Assembly (NCBI GenBank): GCA_035549295.1
Contig: DASZRG010000036.1
Coordinates: 13,324 to 77,323, forward strand
Direction: 5' to 3'
Length of the DNA stretch: 64,000 nucleotides
Source of the DNA: Patescibacteria group bacterium
GTDB taxonomy: Bacteria; Patescibacteriota; Microgenomatia; Levybacterales; GWA1-39-11
Part shown: positions 1-8,731 of the stretch, in pieces
Position numbering within the stretch: position 1 is the first letter of the stretch
Layout of the letters: every line of letters begins with the position of its first letter
Made by a program: the position numbers and the translations under genes
The notes under the pieces: model-generated
What the model was told of the DNA's origin: nothing
Seen by the model: the letters and a program-made list of their open reading frames with translations, nothing else
Databases searched by the model: none

Positions 1-182
1 AAAATACTTTTGACTTCATCAGTATTTGCAATAGAATTTTTATATGAAAATTCAAGTCTTGAACCGCCCGTAAAATCAATTCCAGGTTTTAGACCAAATA
101 ATATAGTCGATATAAGACCGGGAATGATGACAATTCCGGACAAAATAAAGAATAGATTTTTTTTACCAATGACGTTTATCAT
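1..182 (-). CDS. secF: Protein-export membrane protein SecF, N-terminal ~60 codons only; the gene runs off the window start
   Basis: Minus-strand translation from the ATG at 182-180 gives MINVIGKKNLFFILSGIVIIPGLISTILFGLKPGIDFTGGSRLEFSYKN, which has the classic SecF GIDFTGG motif. It makes an ATGA overlap with the secD stop. Confidence 0.75.
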   Translation of the reverse strand, partial: MINVIGKKNLFFILSGIVIIPGLISTILFGLKPGIDFTGGSRLEFSYKNSIANTDEVKSI

Positions 183-1510
183 AGATCTTTTTCAAATACT
201 CTCAAAAGATTTCGAGTTACAAGAATTGCTGAAAACATAGAAACAGCGATACCAATTCCAAGCGCAACCGCAAATCCGCGAATTTGTCCTGACCCAAAAT
301 AAAACAATATAAATGTCGTTATAAGACTTGATATGTTTGAGTCACGAATTGATGGCCATGCTCGAGAAAAGCCGAGCTTTAGGGCAATATTATTTGGCTT
401 ACCGGCTCTTATTTCCTCTCTCATACGTTCAAAAATAAGAATATTTGCATCAACCGCCATACCAATTGATAGTATAAGTCCTGCAATACCTGCAAGAGTT
501 AGCGTTATTGGAATTACTTTAAAGATAAAAAGCACTATAACTGTATATATTAAAAGTGCTGTCCCCGCAATGGCGCCTTCACGTCTATATAGAAAGACCA
601 TAAATATAAGAACTGAAACAAGACCTATGACTCCACCAACCAAACTCTTTTTAAGTGAAGATATACCAAGCGAAGGCCCAACCGTTGTCTGACCTATCAA
701 TTTAAGTGGCGCAGGGAGTGCTCCAGCGTTAAGTTGAATTGCTAAGTTTTTGGCTGTTTGATCAGTGAAATTACCCGAAATAACAGCGCTTCCATTGAGA
801 ATTGCTTGCTGCACAACTGGCGCTGATACAACTGAATTATCAAGCACGATTGCAACAGGCTTTCCAACATTTCTCTGCGTAATATCGGCAAAGTACTTTG
901 ACCCTGCAGATGAAAAATTAAGCTGAACTTGTGGCGTCCCATTTTGCGAACCATAAACTACTTGTGCTTTTTGCAAGTCTTTTCCTGTTAATTTTGTTGC
1001 GATAGGTTTTGTGCCATAGACGCTTGTCATACCAATTGGCAGGAGAAACGCGTCAGATGTTGCAATTTTTTGTGTGCCGCCCTCCCAAAAGGTAAGCTGG
1101 GCTGTTGCACCTATCAAAGAGAGTGCTTCATCGACATTTGTCGCACCAGGAAGGTCTATCACGATTCTATATTCACCTGGGAGCTTTAAAGATTGAATAG
1201 TCGGTTCAGATACGCCAAAGAAGTTAATTCTTCGATCTATTACGGTTCTTGCACCGTCAAAAGCATCTGCTTGAGATGCTACAGGTATACCCTTCATGTC
1301 TACTTTGTATGTAAGACTTGTGCCTCCTTGTAGATCGAGTCCAAGACGGTAAGAAAAATCAGGTGCCAGGTGAACTGGTCCTGCATTGATAGTTGGATGC
1401 GCTGGATCAAGTGTCGTTTTTCCAATTTTTATAGGAACTGGAAAATCAAAAAATAGTAAGACTGCGGCCAACAAAAAAATTGAGTATACAAAGAGTGTGG
1501 GTTTTTTCAT
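179..1510 (-). CDS. secD: Protein-export membrane protein SecD
   Basis: 443 aa with an N-terminal TM anchor, an LGLDLQGG motif, a periplasmic domain and a C-terminal 6-TM bundle typical of SecD. Confidence 0.9.
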   Translation of the reverse strand: MKKPTLFVYSIFLLAAVLLFFDFPVPIKIGKTTLDPAHPTINAGPVHLAPDFSYRLGLDLQGGTSLTYKVDMKGIPVASQADAFDGARTVIDRRINFFGVSEPTIQSLKLPGEYRIVIDLPGATNVDEALSLIGATAQLTFWEGGTQKIATSDAFLLPIGMTSVYGTKPIATKLTGKDLQKAQVVYGSQNGTPQVQLNFSSAGSKYFADITQRNVGKPVAIVLDNSVVSAPVVQQAILNGSAVISGNFTDQTAKNLAIQLNAGALPAPLKLIGQTTVGPSLGISSLKKSLVGGVIGLVSVLIFMVFLYRREGAIAGTALLIYTVIVLFIFKVIPITLTLAGIAGLILSIGMAVDANILIFERMREEIRAGKPNNIALKLGFSRAWPSIRDSNISSLITTFILFYFGSGQIRGFAVALGIGIAVSMFSAILVTRNLLRVFEKDL

Positions 1511-1512
1511 AA

Positions 1513-2088
1513 TTATAGAAGGAGTGCTTCTTCATCACCAATCAGCATCACGCGAGATCCATAAATGATTGAGGTTATAAATGGATCGCGTCTTCTTTTT
1601 CTAAATAAAAACTCCTCTTCACTCATAACTGTATAATTTATCTCATGACTTCTTTTCACTTCTTCTGCACGAACTACAGCAGATAACTCAGGAACCACGA
1701 CTGTACCAACGACTAAAAGATCTACGTCCTCTGGATTTTCTCTTATACCTCGAGCAAATTTTCCAGAAAGCATCGCGTATTTTATTTTACCAAGTTTTAC
1801 TTTATTTTTTATGATATCCCCACCAAGACCAGATGTTTTAGCATTGATTCTTAGAAGATCAAAATAAAAGGGATAATTTTTGTCTAAAAAATAATATACT
1901 CGATTTGCGCGTGGCTCGCGATTAAGAATTCCTTTTTTCTCAAGATAAATTAATTCTCGACGTACAGCATTTATCTCCTCATCAACTTGCCTTACTATTT
2001 CTCGAACATGATACATTTCGGTGGGGTGACCCAAAAATAAAGTAATTATTTTAGTACGAGTTTTGCCAGTAATAAGATCTGAAAACAT
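1513..2088 (-). CDS. Predicted winged-HTH regulator with a C-terminal nucleotidyltransferase-like region
   Basis: The N-terminus has a wHTH-like pattern (ITLFLGHP...VREIVRQV...ELIYLEKKGIL). The C-terminal DVDLLVVG resembles an NTase acidic motif. It follows secD by 2 nt. Confidence 0.35.
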   Translation of the reverse strand: MFSDLITGKTRTKIITLFLGHPTEMYHVREIVRQVDEEINAVRRELIYLEKKGILNREPRANRVYYFLDKNYPFYFDLLRINAKTSGLGGDIIKNKVKLGKIKYAMLSGKFARGIRENPEDVDLLVVGTVVVPELSAVVRAEEVKRSHEINYTVMSEEEFLFRKRRRDPFITSIIYGSRVMLIGDEEALLL

Positions 2089-2166
2089 AAGGAAAAGCGT
2101 TAGTTTTGAGGTAATTATATACCCTAAAGCGAAGTTAGTAAATAACGTATGTGACTATCCTTTTTA

Positions 2167-3339
2167 CTATTTAACTGTAAGTGGAGTACCAATACCCAAG
2201 ACCTCAAACCAAATGTGACCCCTTGTGAATTTTACCTCTTGACCACTTGAGTCTGTAAGAATGGTTCTTGCGGTTCTACTCTTTTTACTCCATGATCCCG
2301 AAACCTGTTTGCCATCCATAAATATAGTTGCCTTTCCTGTACCTTTTGTTCCATATAGCATATGCTCATTATCTGTATACCCATCATTCGCATGTTGTTC
2401 GGTCATAAATAGGACTACAACATCTGATGCCGTCATTTGTTTTTTTGTATCGCGATCCATGTGAGCTTGACCACCATTGAATCTCAAGTATTGGTTTGTT
2501 TTGGGATCATAAACCCATTTTACAGAATAATCAGTGTATCCTCCGGAGAAGTCAAAGCTTACTGTTTGAGACGCTGGTCGCGCGCTTGATGCTGCATCAT
2601 CTTTAAATTTGTAAGGTACAAAATTTGTGTCCCATGAAGTTCCATCTTTATCAACATTTGTTAATTTACGTGTTGCTCCAACGTCCCAAAGTTTTTGAGT
2701 TGAAGAATACATAGTGTGTTCTGTTGCGACTTCATGACCAGCACGATCATAATCTCTCCAATATGTCGGAAAGCCGATCGAGAATTGATTTAGATCGTTG
2801 TATGACTGCCAACCATAATCATCAATTTGACCGAGAGCATCGGCTGGACCGGGAGTATTTGCTCCACCAACGTGGGCATATAGCGGATAATCTGCATACT
2901 CTGAAACGAAATCAAGAAAGTAAGTTCTCGCCGATCTAACAGGACCAACAATCCCTGCATCCTGACAATAGAAAATATTTAAAAATCTTGTAATTCCACC
3001 CTCTGCAACTGCTTCATATGTAACGTCCGCGAAAGACATACCTGACTGTGGACGAGCGTCCGTGGAATTTTCAATCATTACTCCAAGAGGTCGGTGTTTT
3101 TCCCACCAAGCTTTTTGTTGCTTCGAGTACATAGCACCATTTATTGGACACTCCTCAGTTTTGGGAAGCGATGCGTCAAAAACTGCCTGCTGGTCTGCGC
3201 CGATTTTTGGGGAAACAATTGGCGCTGAAATACCAATCGAACCTGCACCTCCGAATCTCGCGAAGAAAACAAACGAAAGAGCTGACGATATAACGTATAT
3301 TAATATTGCGGTAACAAGATTTTTTGTTTTTGGATCCAT
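2167..3339 (-). CDS. Membrane-anchored DUF3048 (YerB-like) family protein
   Basis: 390 aa with an N-terminal TM helix followed by a large extracytoplasmic domain. Overall similarity to DUF3048 lipoproteins comes from recall only. Confidence 0.45.
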   Translation of the reverse strand: MDPKTKNLVTAILIYVISSALSFVFFARFGGAGSIGISAPIVSPKIGADQQAVFDASLPKTEECPINGAMYSKQQKAWWEKHRPLGVMIENSTDARPQSGMSFADVTYEAVAEGGITRFLNIFYCQDAGIVGPVRSARTYFLDFVSEYADYPLYAHVGGANTPGPADALGQIDDYGWQSYNDLNQFSIGFPTYWRDYDRAGHEVATEHTMYSSTQKLWDVGATRKLTNVDKDGTSWDTNFVPYKFKDDAASSARPASQTVSFDFSGGYTDYSVKWVYDPKTNQYLRFNGGQAHMDRDTKKQMTASDVVVLFMTEQHANDGYTDNEHMLYGTKGTGKATIFMDGKQVSGSWSKKSRTARTILTDSSGQEVKFTRGHIWFEVLGIGTPLTVK

Positions 3340-3341
3340 AT

Positions 3342-3833
3342 CTATTTCTTATGCGTCGCGGCGAGCAGCTTTGCTCCCTTAAGTGCTCTTTCTTCATCCT
3401 CAGAAAGATCATATTCTGCTCCTTTTCCAAGGACTACCCCTTTTGCATACCAACGTGTTCCCGTTCTCGTATGAAGACTAGAAATAATAACTCCAGTATT
3501 CTCAGCGTCAACTAAAGCAAGTATAAAACTTTGGTCACCACCCGTATCTTTAAACGGATTAAAACGAACTAGTCCTATCTTTTGAATATGCGAAAGACCG
3601 TCTCTGTTTATCTTATCATAGGAAGACACGAGCTGGTCAAGTGTCTTTTTGTTCTCTTCTTCTTTTGCTAAAACATCTTCCATAAGTCCCATTATTGATT
3701 CTTTTTTTCCATTCTTAGTCATTCTGGAATATGTCGAACGGAAGGTAATCAGGAAAAAAGTTAGGATTACGAGCCAGAGAAATGTGAGGAAAAAAGCAAC
3801 AAAATCAGGAGCCAAGTTCATACGGTAAACCAT
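3342..3833 (-). CDS. DUF4446-like membrane protein
   Basis: 163 aa with an N-terminal TM segment and a conserved C-terminal domain (GLVRFNPF...GGDQSFILALVD) reminiscent of DUF4446. Confidence 0.45.
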   Translation of the reverse strand: MVYRMNLAPDFVAFFLTFLWLVILTFFLITFRSTYSRMTKNGKKESIMGLMEDVLAKEEENKKTLDQLVSSYDKINRDGLSHIQKIGLVRFNPFKDTGGDQSFILALVDAENTGVIISSLHTRTGTRWYAKGVVLGKGAEYDLSEDEERALKGAKLLAATHKK

Positions 3834-3999
3834 TTTAGCCTGTCACATCTGGCAGTGTCAATACTATCAATTTACCCTTATGTGCCGGCCTAAATGTGAT
3901 TTAGCGATAGCACTCTAGCCTCGATTACCTCTTGACACGCACGCATTGAATGTGTTACTTTTTCACTCATCACGTAAATTGAGCGTAAATAATCGTAAA

Positions 4000-4329
4000 A
4001 TGAGCAAGAAAAGAAGAACCAAAAAAGAAAAAATTACAGCAAGCGTCAGACACGATTTTTCATCAGTTCTCATAACGCCTCGCATCTCGAATGATTCCGG
4101 TGAACGAGGTGAACAAAAACAATCTTTCGAAATTAAACTTAGCAATATCGCCCCTTCCCAAAAATCTCAAAATACTTCACCGGTCACATCCTATTCCAGA
4201 TCACATGCATACGTTTTAGGCGACATAAGAAAAACAGTTAATATAACTGCGGTTCTTCTTGCCCTCAACGTAGCAATTTATTTTCTTTTGAAACTTAAAT
4301 TCGTTAACATTCCAGGAATCGGATTTTAA
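4000..4329 (+). CDS. Hypothetical small protein: Lys/Arg-rich N-terminus plus a C-terminal TM helix
   Basis: ORF from the ATG at 4000 (MSKKRRTKKEK...) ending in a hydrophobic helix (ITAVLLALNVAIYFLLKL). There is a TTGACA-like box at 3922. No recognisable family. Confidence 0.25.
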   Translation: MSKKRRTKKEKITASVRHDFSSVLITPRISNDSGERGEQKQSFEIKLSNIAPSQKSQNTSPVTSYSRSHAYVLGDIRKTVNITAVLLALNVAIYFLLKLKFVNIPGIGF

Positions 4330-4360
4330 TTCGATTGTGTGAGAGGAGGTGAATTGAAAT

Positions 4361-4504
4361 ATGGCAAGTATGTATTGTGTAAAATGTCGCGCAAAGCGCG
4401 AAGATGACGCAGCAGTAAAAGTCACCATGAAAAATGGAAAACCTGCTATGAAAGGAAAATGCCCAGTTTGTGGAACAGCAATGTTTAAGATTGGAGCTGC
4501 ATAA
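4361..4504 (+). CDS. DUF5679-like zinc-ribbon mini-protein (47 aa), absent from the ORF track
   Basis: MASMYCVKCRAKREDDAAVKVTMKNGKPAMKGKCPVCGTAMFKIGAA has two CxxC pairs. A GGAGG Shine-Dalgarno sits 8 nt upstream and a rho-independent terminator lies downstream. Confidence 0.6.
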   Translation: MASMYCVKCRAKREDDAAVKVTMKNGKPAMKGKCPVCGTAMFKIGAA

Positions 4505-4528
4505 ATTTTCTTTTTCGCAAATAATAAA

Positions 4529-4574
4529 AGCCCGATTTAGTATTTGAATTTTTTCGGTACAAAATCGGGTTTTT
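4529..4574 (+). terminator. Rho-independent terminator after the mini zinc-ribbon gene
   Basis: An 8-bp stem CCCGATTT/AAATCGGG followed by TTTTTG. An adjacent perfect 10-bp palindrome GCCTTTTGAC/GTCAAAAGGC (4579-4600) lies in the convergent gap. Confidence 0.55.
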
Positions 4575-4694
4575 GTTGCCTTTTGACCTTGTCAAAAGGC
4601 AATCCTCATAAGCCTTAGAGGAGGATCATTGTTATTTTTAAAAATTAGAGGGGAGAGGAAGTAATTTGAAGTTTATTACTTTGCGAATTTCTCA

Positions 4695-6239
4695 CTATCT
4701 GTAGTGAACTAATTTATAGACCTTAAGAACTGAAACTGGCCACTCTCCTGCAATTTCCGCGCGGCCAAATCCTGCGACTTCCCACAAAGAATTACCAAGA
4801 GGTTGGCAGTTTAAATCTTCACAAACAATAAATAATTGATCTGTTACACTTTTCCTTTGCGGATCGACTCCTTCATACTGAATTGTCACAGGTGGTTTTC
4901 CTTCAACTTCAAAAATATATCTATACGCATGATCAGAATTTCCTCCTGTAATAAGAGCAAAATTAAATGGCTTATTACCCGCTTTATTCAAGATGAACTC
5001 CGAAATCTTTTTAACCTGAAGATACTGTTGATTACCAGGATATCTAAATGGGTAGCCTAGGAGATTTAGATAAATGAACAGAATAAAGAGAATAATAGTC
5101 GCATATCTCAGTGACTTTCTATCATAAAGATTGGACAGTAGATTACCAACGAGAAGGAACGGTAAAGGAAACATGAATTCAAAATAATAGTCATATATTG
5201 GCTTGTGATAAAACCCAAAAAGCACTACTCCAAAAAAAAGCCAAAACGAAAATAGAAGTTTTACTAATTTGTCTTTTATTTTTATTATTGAAAAGACGGA
5301 TGCTATCCCTAACACAACGGCCAAAACTCCCCAAAGGAATAATGCATTTTTTTCAACAGTGTAGGTCCTATCAGGTGGTGGATAATAAAGAACTAGTCGA
5401 GCGAAAATTCGGAAAAATACATCCTGGACTGTTTGAATAAAAGTCAAATGAGTTAGATCAGATGCGTGTGGATCACCATGCAATATGAAATTAAAAACCG
5501 TCCTCGTGTTAGGAAACCCGTGCTTTATTTCAAACAAAAGAAATGGCGACAAACCAATCAAAAAGCCAATGGCAAAACCTAGGTACTCTTTAGCAGTTTC
5601 ATAAACTATTTTTTTCTTGTTATTCAAAAAGTTTGCAGAAAGTATATAGACCGCTATGATTATTCCTACAAAAACCTCTATGTAATGGAGCTGAAAAGCT
5701 ATTCCGTAAATAAATCCTACCGATATGAATTTTCTAAAACTTGGCTTCTGAACATATTTGTATAAAAGATAAAGCATGACCATTGAAAAAAACGGCATAG
5801 GGTTTGGATTCCAAGATGATCTTGAGTATTCAATGACTAGAGGCGAAATGGAATATAAAAGTGCTGCAAATAAAGCTCCTTTTAAACCAATCCACTCTCT
5901 TCCAAATTTATAAATCAGAAAAACAGTTGCGACACTCAGAAGCGCGATCATTATTGCAGGACCAGTTGGATTGTAATTTGATAAAAGTAAAAAAGGGGCC
6001 ATCATGTAGTAATAGATGGGACCCGTAAAAAAGTCTGCCGCCGACGCGCGTGGACCCAAGAACGTTAGATGCCCATGAAGGATGTCTCTTACTATAAGAA
6101 CGTCTCGTCCTTCATCACCCAAAAAAGTTAAATAATCTTGAATTTTGTATATTCTAAAAAATGCAGCAATAAGGATGATTACACCGACAATAACAGCTAC
6201 ATAGTTCTTTGTAAAAAACTTGCGAATTTTAAGAAACAT
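4695..6239 (-). CDS. GT-C fold membrane glycosyltransferase (ArnT/PMT, GT39/GT83-like)
   Basis: 514 aa and polytopic. The N-terminal region (YLTFLGDEGRD, many TM helices) is typical of polyprenyl-phosphate-sugar dependent GT-C transferases. Confidence 0.65.
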   Translation of the reverse strand: MFLKIRKFFTKNYVAVIVGVIILIAAFFRIYKIQDYLTFLGDEGRDVLIVRDILHGHLTFLGPRASAADFFTGPIYYYMMAPFLLLSNYNPTGPAIMIALLSVATVFLIYKFGREWIGLKGALFAALLYSISPLVIEYSRSSWNPNPMPFFSMVMLYLLYKYVQKPSFRKFISVGFIYGIAFQLHYIEVFVGIIIAVYILSANFLNNKKKIVYETAKEYLGFAIGFLIGLSPFLLFEIKHGFPNTRTVFNFILHGDPHASDLTHLTFIQTVQDVFFRIFARLVLYYPPPDRTYTVEKNALFLWGVLAVVLGIASVFSIIKIKDKLVKLLFSFWLFFGVVLFGFYHKPIYDYYFEFMFPLPFLLVGNLLSNLYDRKSLRYATIILFILFIYLNLLGYPFRYPGNQQYLQVKKISEFILNKAGNKPFNFALITGGNSDHAYRYIFEVEGKPPVTIQYEGVDPQRKSVTDQLFIVCEDLNCQPLGNSLWEVAGFGRAEIAGEWPVSVLKVYKLVHYR

Positions 6240-6260
6240 AAAGAGGATTTATCCGACTCA

Positions 6261-7445
6261 TTATTTATCCTTCAAGTGATGCGTCTTCCAAATAATACGG
6301 TTGTAAATAAAATAATTTAACGGAATAACAAGTAAAATTATAGTTGGGAACAAGACTACAATTCGAGTCTTAAGCGACATTCCAAACAGCATTACATCTT
6401 CTCCCAAGAAATGGACGAATAAATAAACCGATAAAAATTGAATAAACACAGAAAGAAGAGTTGCTAAATTGAATTTTATCAATTTATGCATAAAATGCGA
6501 ATTCTGCTTAATGTGTTTTGTATCAGAGAATGTCCAAAAATTATTGAACATGAAGTTACATAGGATTGCCGCTTCGGCACCAAATCCTGCCGATAAACCG
6601 TCGCGAAGCGAAGCGATAACCGAAACAAAAAGAACATTGGCCGCAAACTCTTGGAAAACTAACTGAACGATAAAACCTGTTCCTCCTACAATTAGAAACT
6701 TTATGACTCTTTGCAATTCAGTAATCCTAGTAGTAATAACGAACGTAATAACTTGCATGATATACCCGATCGGAGCAATCTTTGAGTCGCCTAAACTTCT
6801 TTCCCCAAAATGGAAAGGAACTTCACCTATTTTGAATCCATCCCTGACAGCCTTATGCAGAAACGATATCTGAAAAATATACCCGCTAAATTTTGTGAGC
6901 TCATGTTTTTCCTTCAGAAATACTTCTTTTTTTAGAGCCCGATATCCACCAGTCCAATCGTGTATATAAAATCTCATAAAAACTGTTCTCACAAACAAAT
7001 TTGCAACGACTGAGAAAGCTTTTCTATGAAGCGGCCATTTAGCCGGAATTGATCCGCCATCACTATAGCGAGTACCGATTACCATATCGCATCCTTCATC
7101 AATTTTTTCCAAAAAATCAGGAATTTTTGCTGGGTCGTGCTGCAAATCAGCATCCATTTCAAAAACTACATCGGCGCCCATCTCTTCAATAGCAAAAGTC
7201 ATGGCGCGAATGTACGCTGCGCCCAACCCTTTTTTCTCTCCACTTGAAATCTCAATATTCTTGTACTTTTTAGCAAATGCCTCAACGGCTTCTGGAGTAC
7301 CATCCGGAGAATTATCATCTGCAACAAGGATGAACATCTGGTAGTTTTTTACCTGGGGGAAAACATCTTCTTCTATAATTGGAATTATTCTCTCGATATT
7401 CTCACGCTCTTTATACGTCGGTATGATAACAACTGCTTTGCTCAT
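6261..7445 (-). CDS. GT2 polyprenyl-phosphate glycosyltransferase (GtrB/DPM1/ArnC-like) fused to a GtrA-like C-terminal 4-TM domain
   Basis: IIPTYKE...DDNSPDGT...MDADLQHDP are GT2 family-2 DXD motifs. The C-terminal ~120 aa is hydrophobic and GtrA-like. It overlaps the uxs start by 1 nt. Confidence 0.75.
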   Translation of the reverse strand: MSKAVVIIPTYKERENIERIIPIIEEDVFPQVKNYQMFILVADDNSPDGTPEAVEAFAKKYKNIEISSGEKKGLGAAYIRAMTFAIEEMGADVVFEMDADLQHDPAKIPDFLEKIDEGCDMVIGTRYSDGGSIPAKWPLHRKAFSVVANLFVRTVFMRFYIHDWTGGYRALKKEVFLKEKHELTKFSGYIFQISFLHKAVRDGFKIGEVPFHFGERSLGDSKIAPIGYIMQVITFVITTRITELQRVIKFLIVGGTGFIVQLVFQEFAANVLFVSVIASLRDGLSAGFGAEAAILCNFMFNNFWTFSDTKHIKQNSHFMHKLIKFNLATLLSVFIQFLSVYLFVHFLGEDVMLFGMSLKTRIVVLFPTIILLVIPLNYFIYNRIIWKTHHLKDK

Positions 7446-8398
7446 TAGATTGAGGTCTTAAAGTATTCTATAGTTTTTGCCAACCCCGTATCAAGTTTTA
7501 TTTTAGGTTCAAAGCCAAATAACTCTTTTGCGTAAGCAATATCAGGTTTTCTTCTGTGTGGATCGTCCATAGGAAGATCTTCGTGAACAATCTTGGAAGA
7601 TGAGCCAACCATTTCTTTTATTTTACTTGCCAAATCAGCGATTGTATGCTCGTCAGGATTTCCCAAATTTATAACATAAAAGCCTGATTCCACATCAAGG
7701 CATCCTATCAATCCGGCAATTAAATCATCAACATAACAAAAACTTCTTGTCTGATCGCCATCTCCGTAGATTGTAATATCTTCATTTCTCAGCGCTTGGT
7801 TTATAAAATTTGAAACTACACGTCCATCGTCCTTTTGCATGCGTGTTCCATATGTATTGAATATTCTTATTACTCGAACATCTAATTTGTACTTTCTCGC
7901 GTATGCGGAACAGATAGCCTCGCCAAATCTTTTTCCCTCATCATAAACAGATCGCGGACCATTAGGATTGACATTTCCAAAATAATCTTCTTTCTGAGGT
8001 GAAACGGCGGGATCACCATAAATTTCCGAAGATGAAGCATAAACAAATTTAGCGTTTTTTTGATGTGCAAACTCTAAGGCATTCTTGGTCCCGACAGAAT
8101 TAACCATCAATGTCTCAATGGGATATGCAATATAACTCTTGGGGCTTTTTGCGTTCGGCGATGCAGGAGATGCCAAATGAAAAACAACATCCACCTGACC
8201 ATTTATACTAGGGAGCGAATGAATCAGGTCATGTTTTATAAATACAAAATTTGGATTTTCTAAAAATTTTTCAACGTTGCTTTCAGATCCTGTTAAAAAA
8301 TTGTCGATACATATTACTTTTTTACCTTCATTAAGAAGCCTTTCTACAAGATGCGATCCCACAAAACCAGCACCCCCCAATACCACTACGGTTGACAT
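7445..8398 (-). CDS. uxs: UDP-glucuronate decarboxylase (UDP-xylose synthase)
   Basis: It matches UXS motifs along its length (GGAGFVGSH, HLASPASP, YDEGKR, IFNTYGTRM, DGRVVSNFI.QAL) and is collinear with human UXS1 from memory. Confidence 0.85.
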   Translation of the reverse strand: MSTVVVLGGAGFVGSHLVERLLNEGKKVICIDNFLTGSESNVEKFLENPNFVFIKHDLIHSLPSINGQVDVVFHLASPASPNAKSPKSYIAYPIETLMVNSVGTKNALEFAHQKNAKFVYASSSEIYGDPAVSPQKEDYFGNVNPNGPRSVYDEGKRFGEAICSAYARKYKLDVRVIRIFNTYGTRMQKDDGRVVSNFINQALRNEDITIYGDGDQTRSFCYVDDLIAGLIGCLDVESGFYVINLGNPDEHTIADLASKIKEMVGSSSKIVHEDLPMDDPHRRKPDIAYAKELFGFEPKIKLDTGLAKTIEYFKTSI

Positions 8399-8456
8399 GG
8401 ATTAATTGTATCTAAAAAATGCCACAAATACTACGATAGGAAAAAGAAAATTGCAA

Positions 8457-8492
8457 GAAACTAGAGACTAGATATTAGATACTAGGAATTTC
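8457..8492. promoter_or_regulatory. CTAG-rich conserved ~33-bp motif, 59 nt upstream of the uxs start in the divergent uxs/gmd promoter region
   Basis: GAAACTAGAGACTAGATATTAGATACTAGGAATTTC, followed by AGTGATTAAG/AGTGATTAGG sub-motifs. Confidence 0.65.
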
Positions 8493-8580
8493 TAAGTGAT
8501 TAAGATTAAAGGAGTTAGTGATTAGGAGAATATCTTTTTACATATTAGATATTGCATATTACATATTATAAGGATGAACG

Positions 8581-8614
8581 TTTTTTATAATCTACAATTT
8601 TTTATAATCTACAA
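8581..8614. repeat. Perfect 17-bp tandem direct repeat (TTTTTTATAATCTACAA x2) in the uxs/gmd divergent promoter region
   Basis: Seen directly. Confidence 0.85.
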
Positions 8615-8731
8615 TATGTTATACATAATATCTAAGAAATAACTCTTGGATAACTACTTAATACAAGATACTCTTCACACTAATATCTCTATTGTTAAAG
8701 CACAAATCATTGTGTAAAATTAAATGAAATT

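Noticed and set aside
10-240. 76-aa plus-strand ORF at the window start
   Set aside because: It lies antisense to the clearly conserved secF N-terminus and secD C-terminus and has no recognisable features. It is spurious.
3946-3999. Upstream extension of the small basic/TM ORF to the Met at 3946
   Set aside because: The first 18 codons (MNVLLFHSSRKLSVNNRK) overlap the putative promoter at 3922 and lack coding character. The start was placed at the second Met (4000), but the whole ORF remains low confidence.
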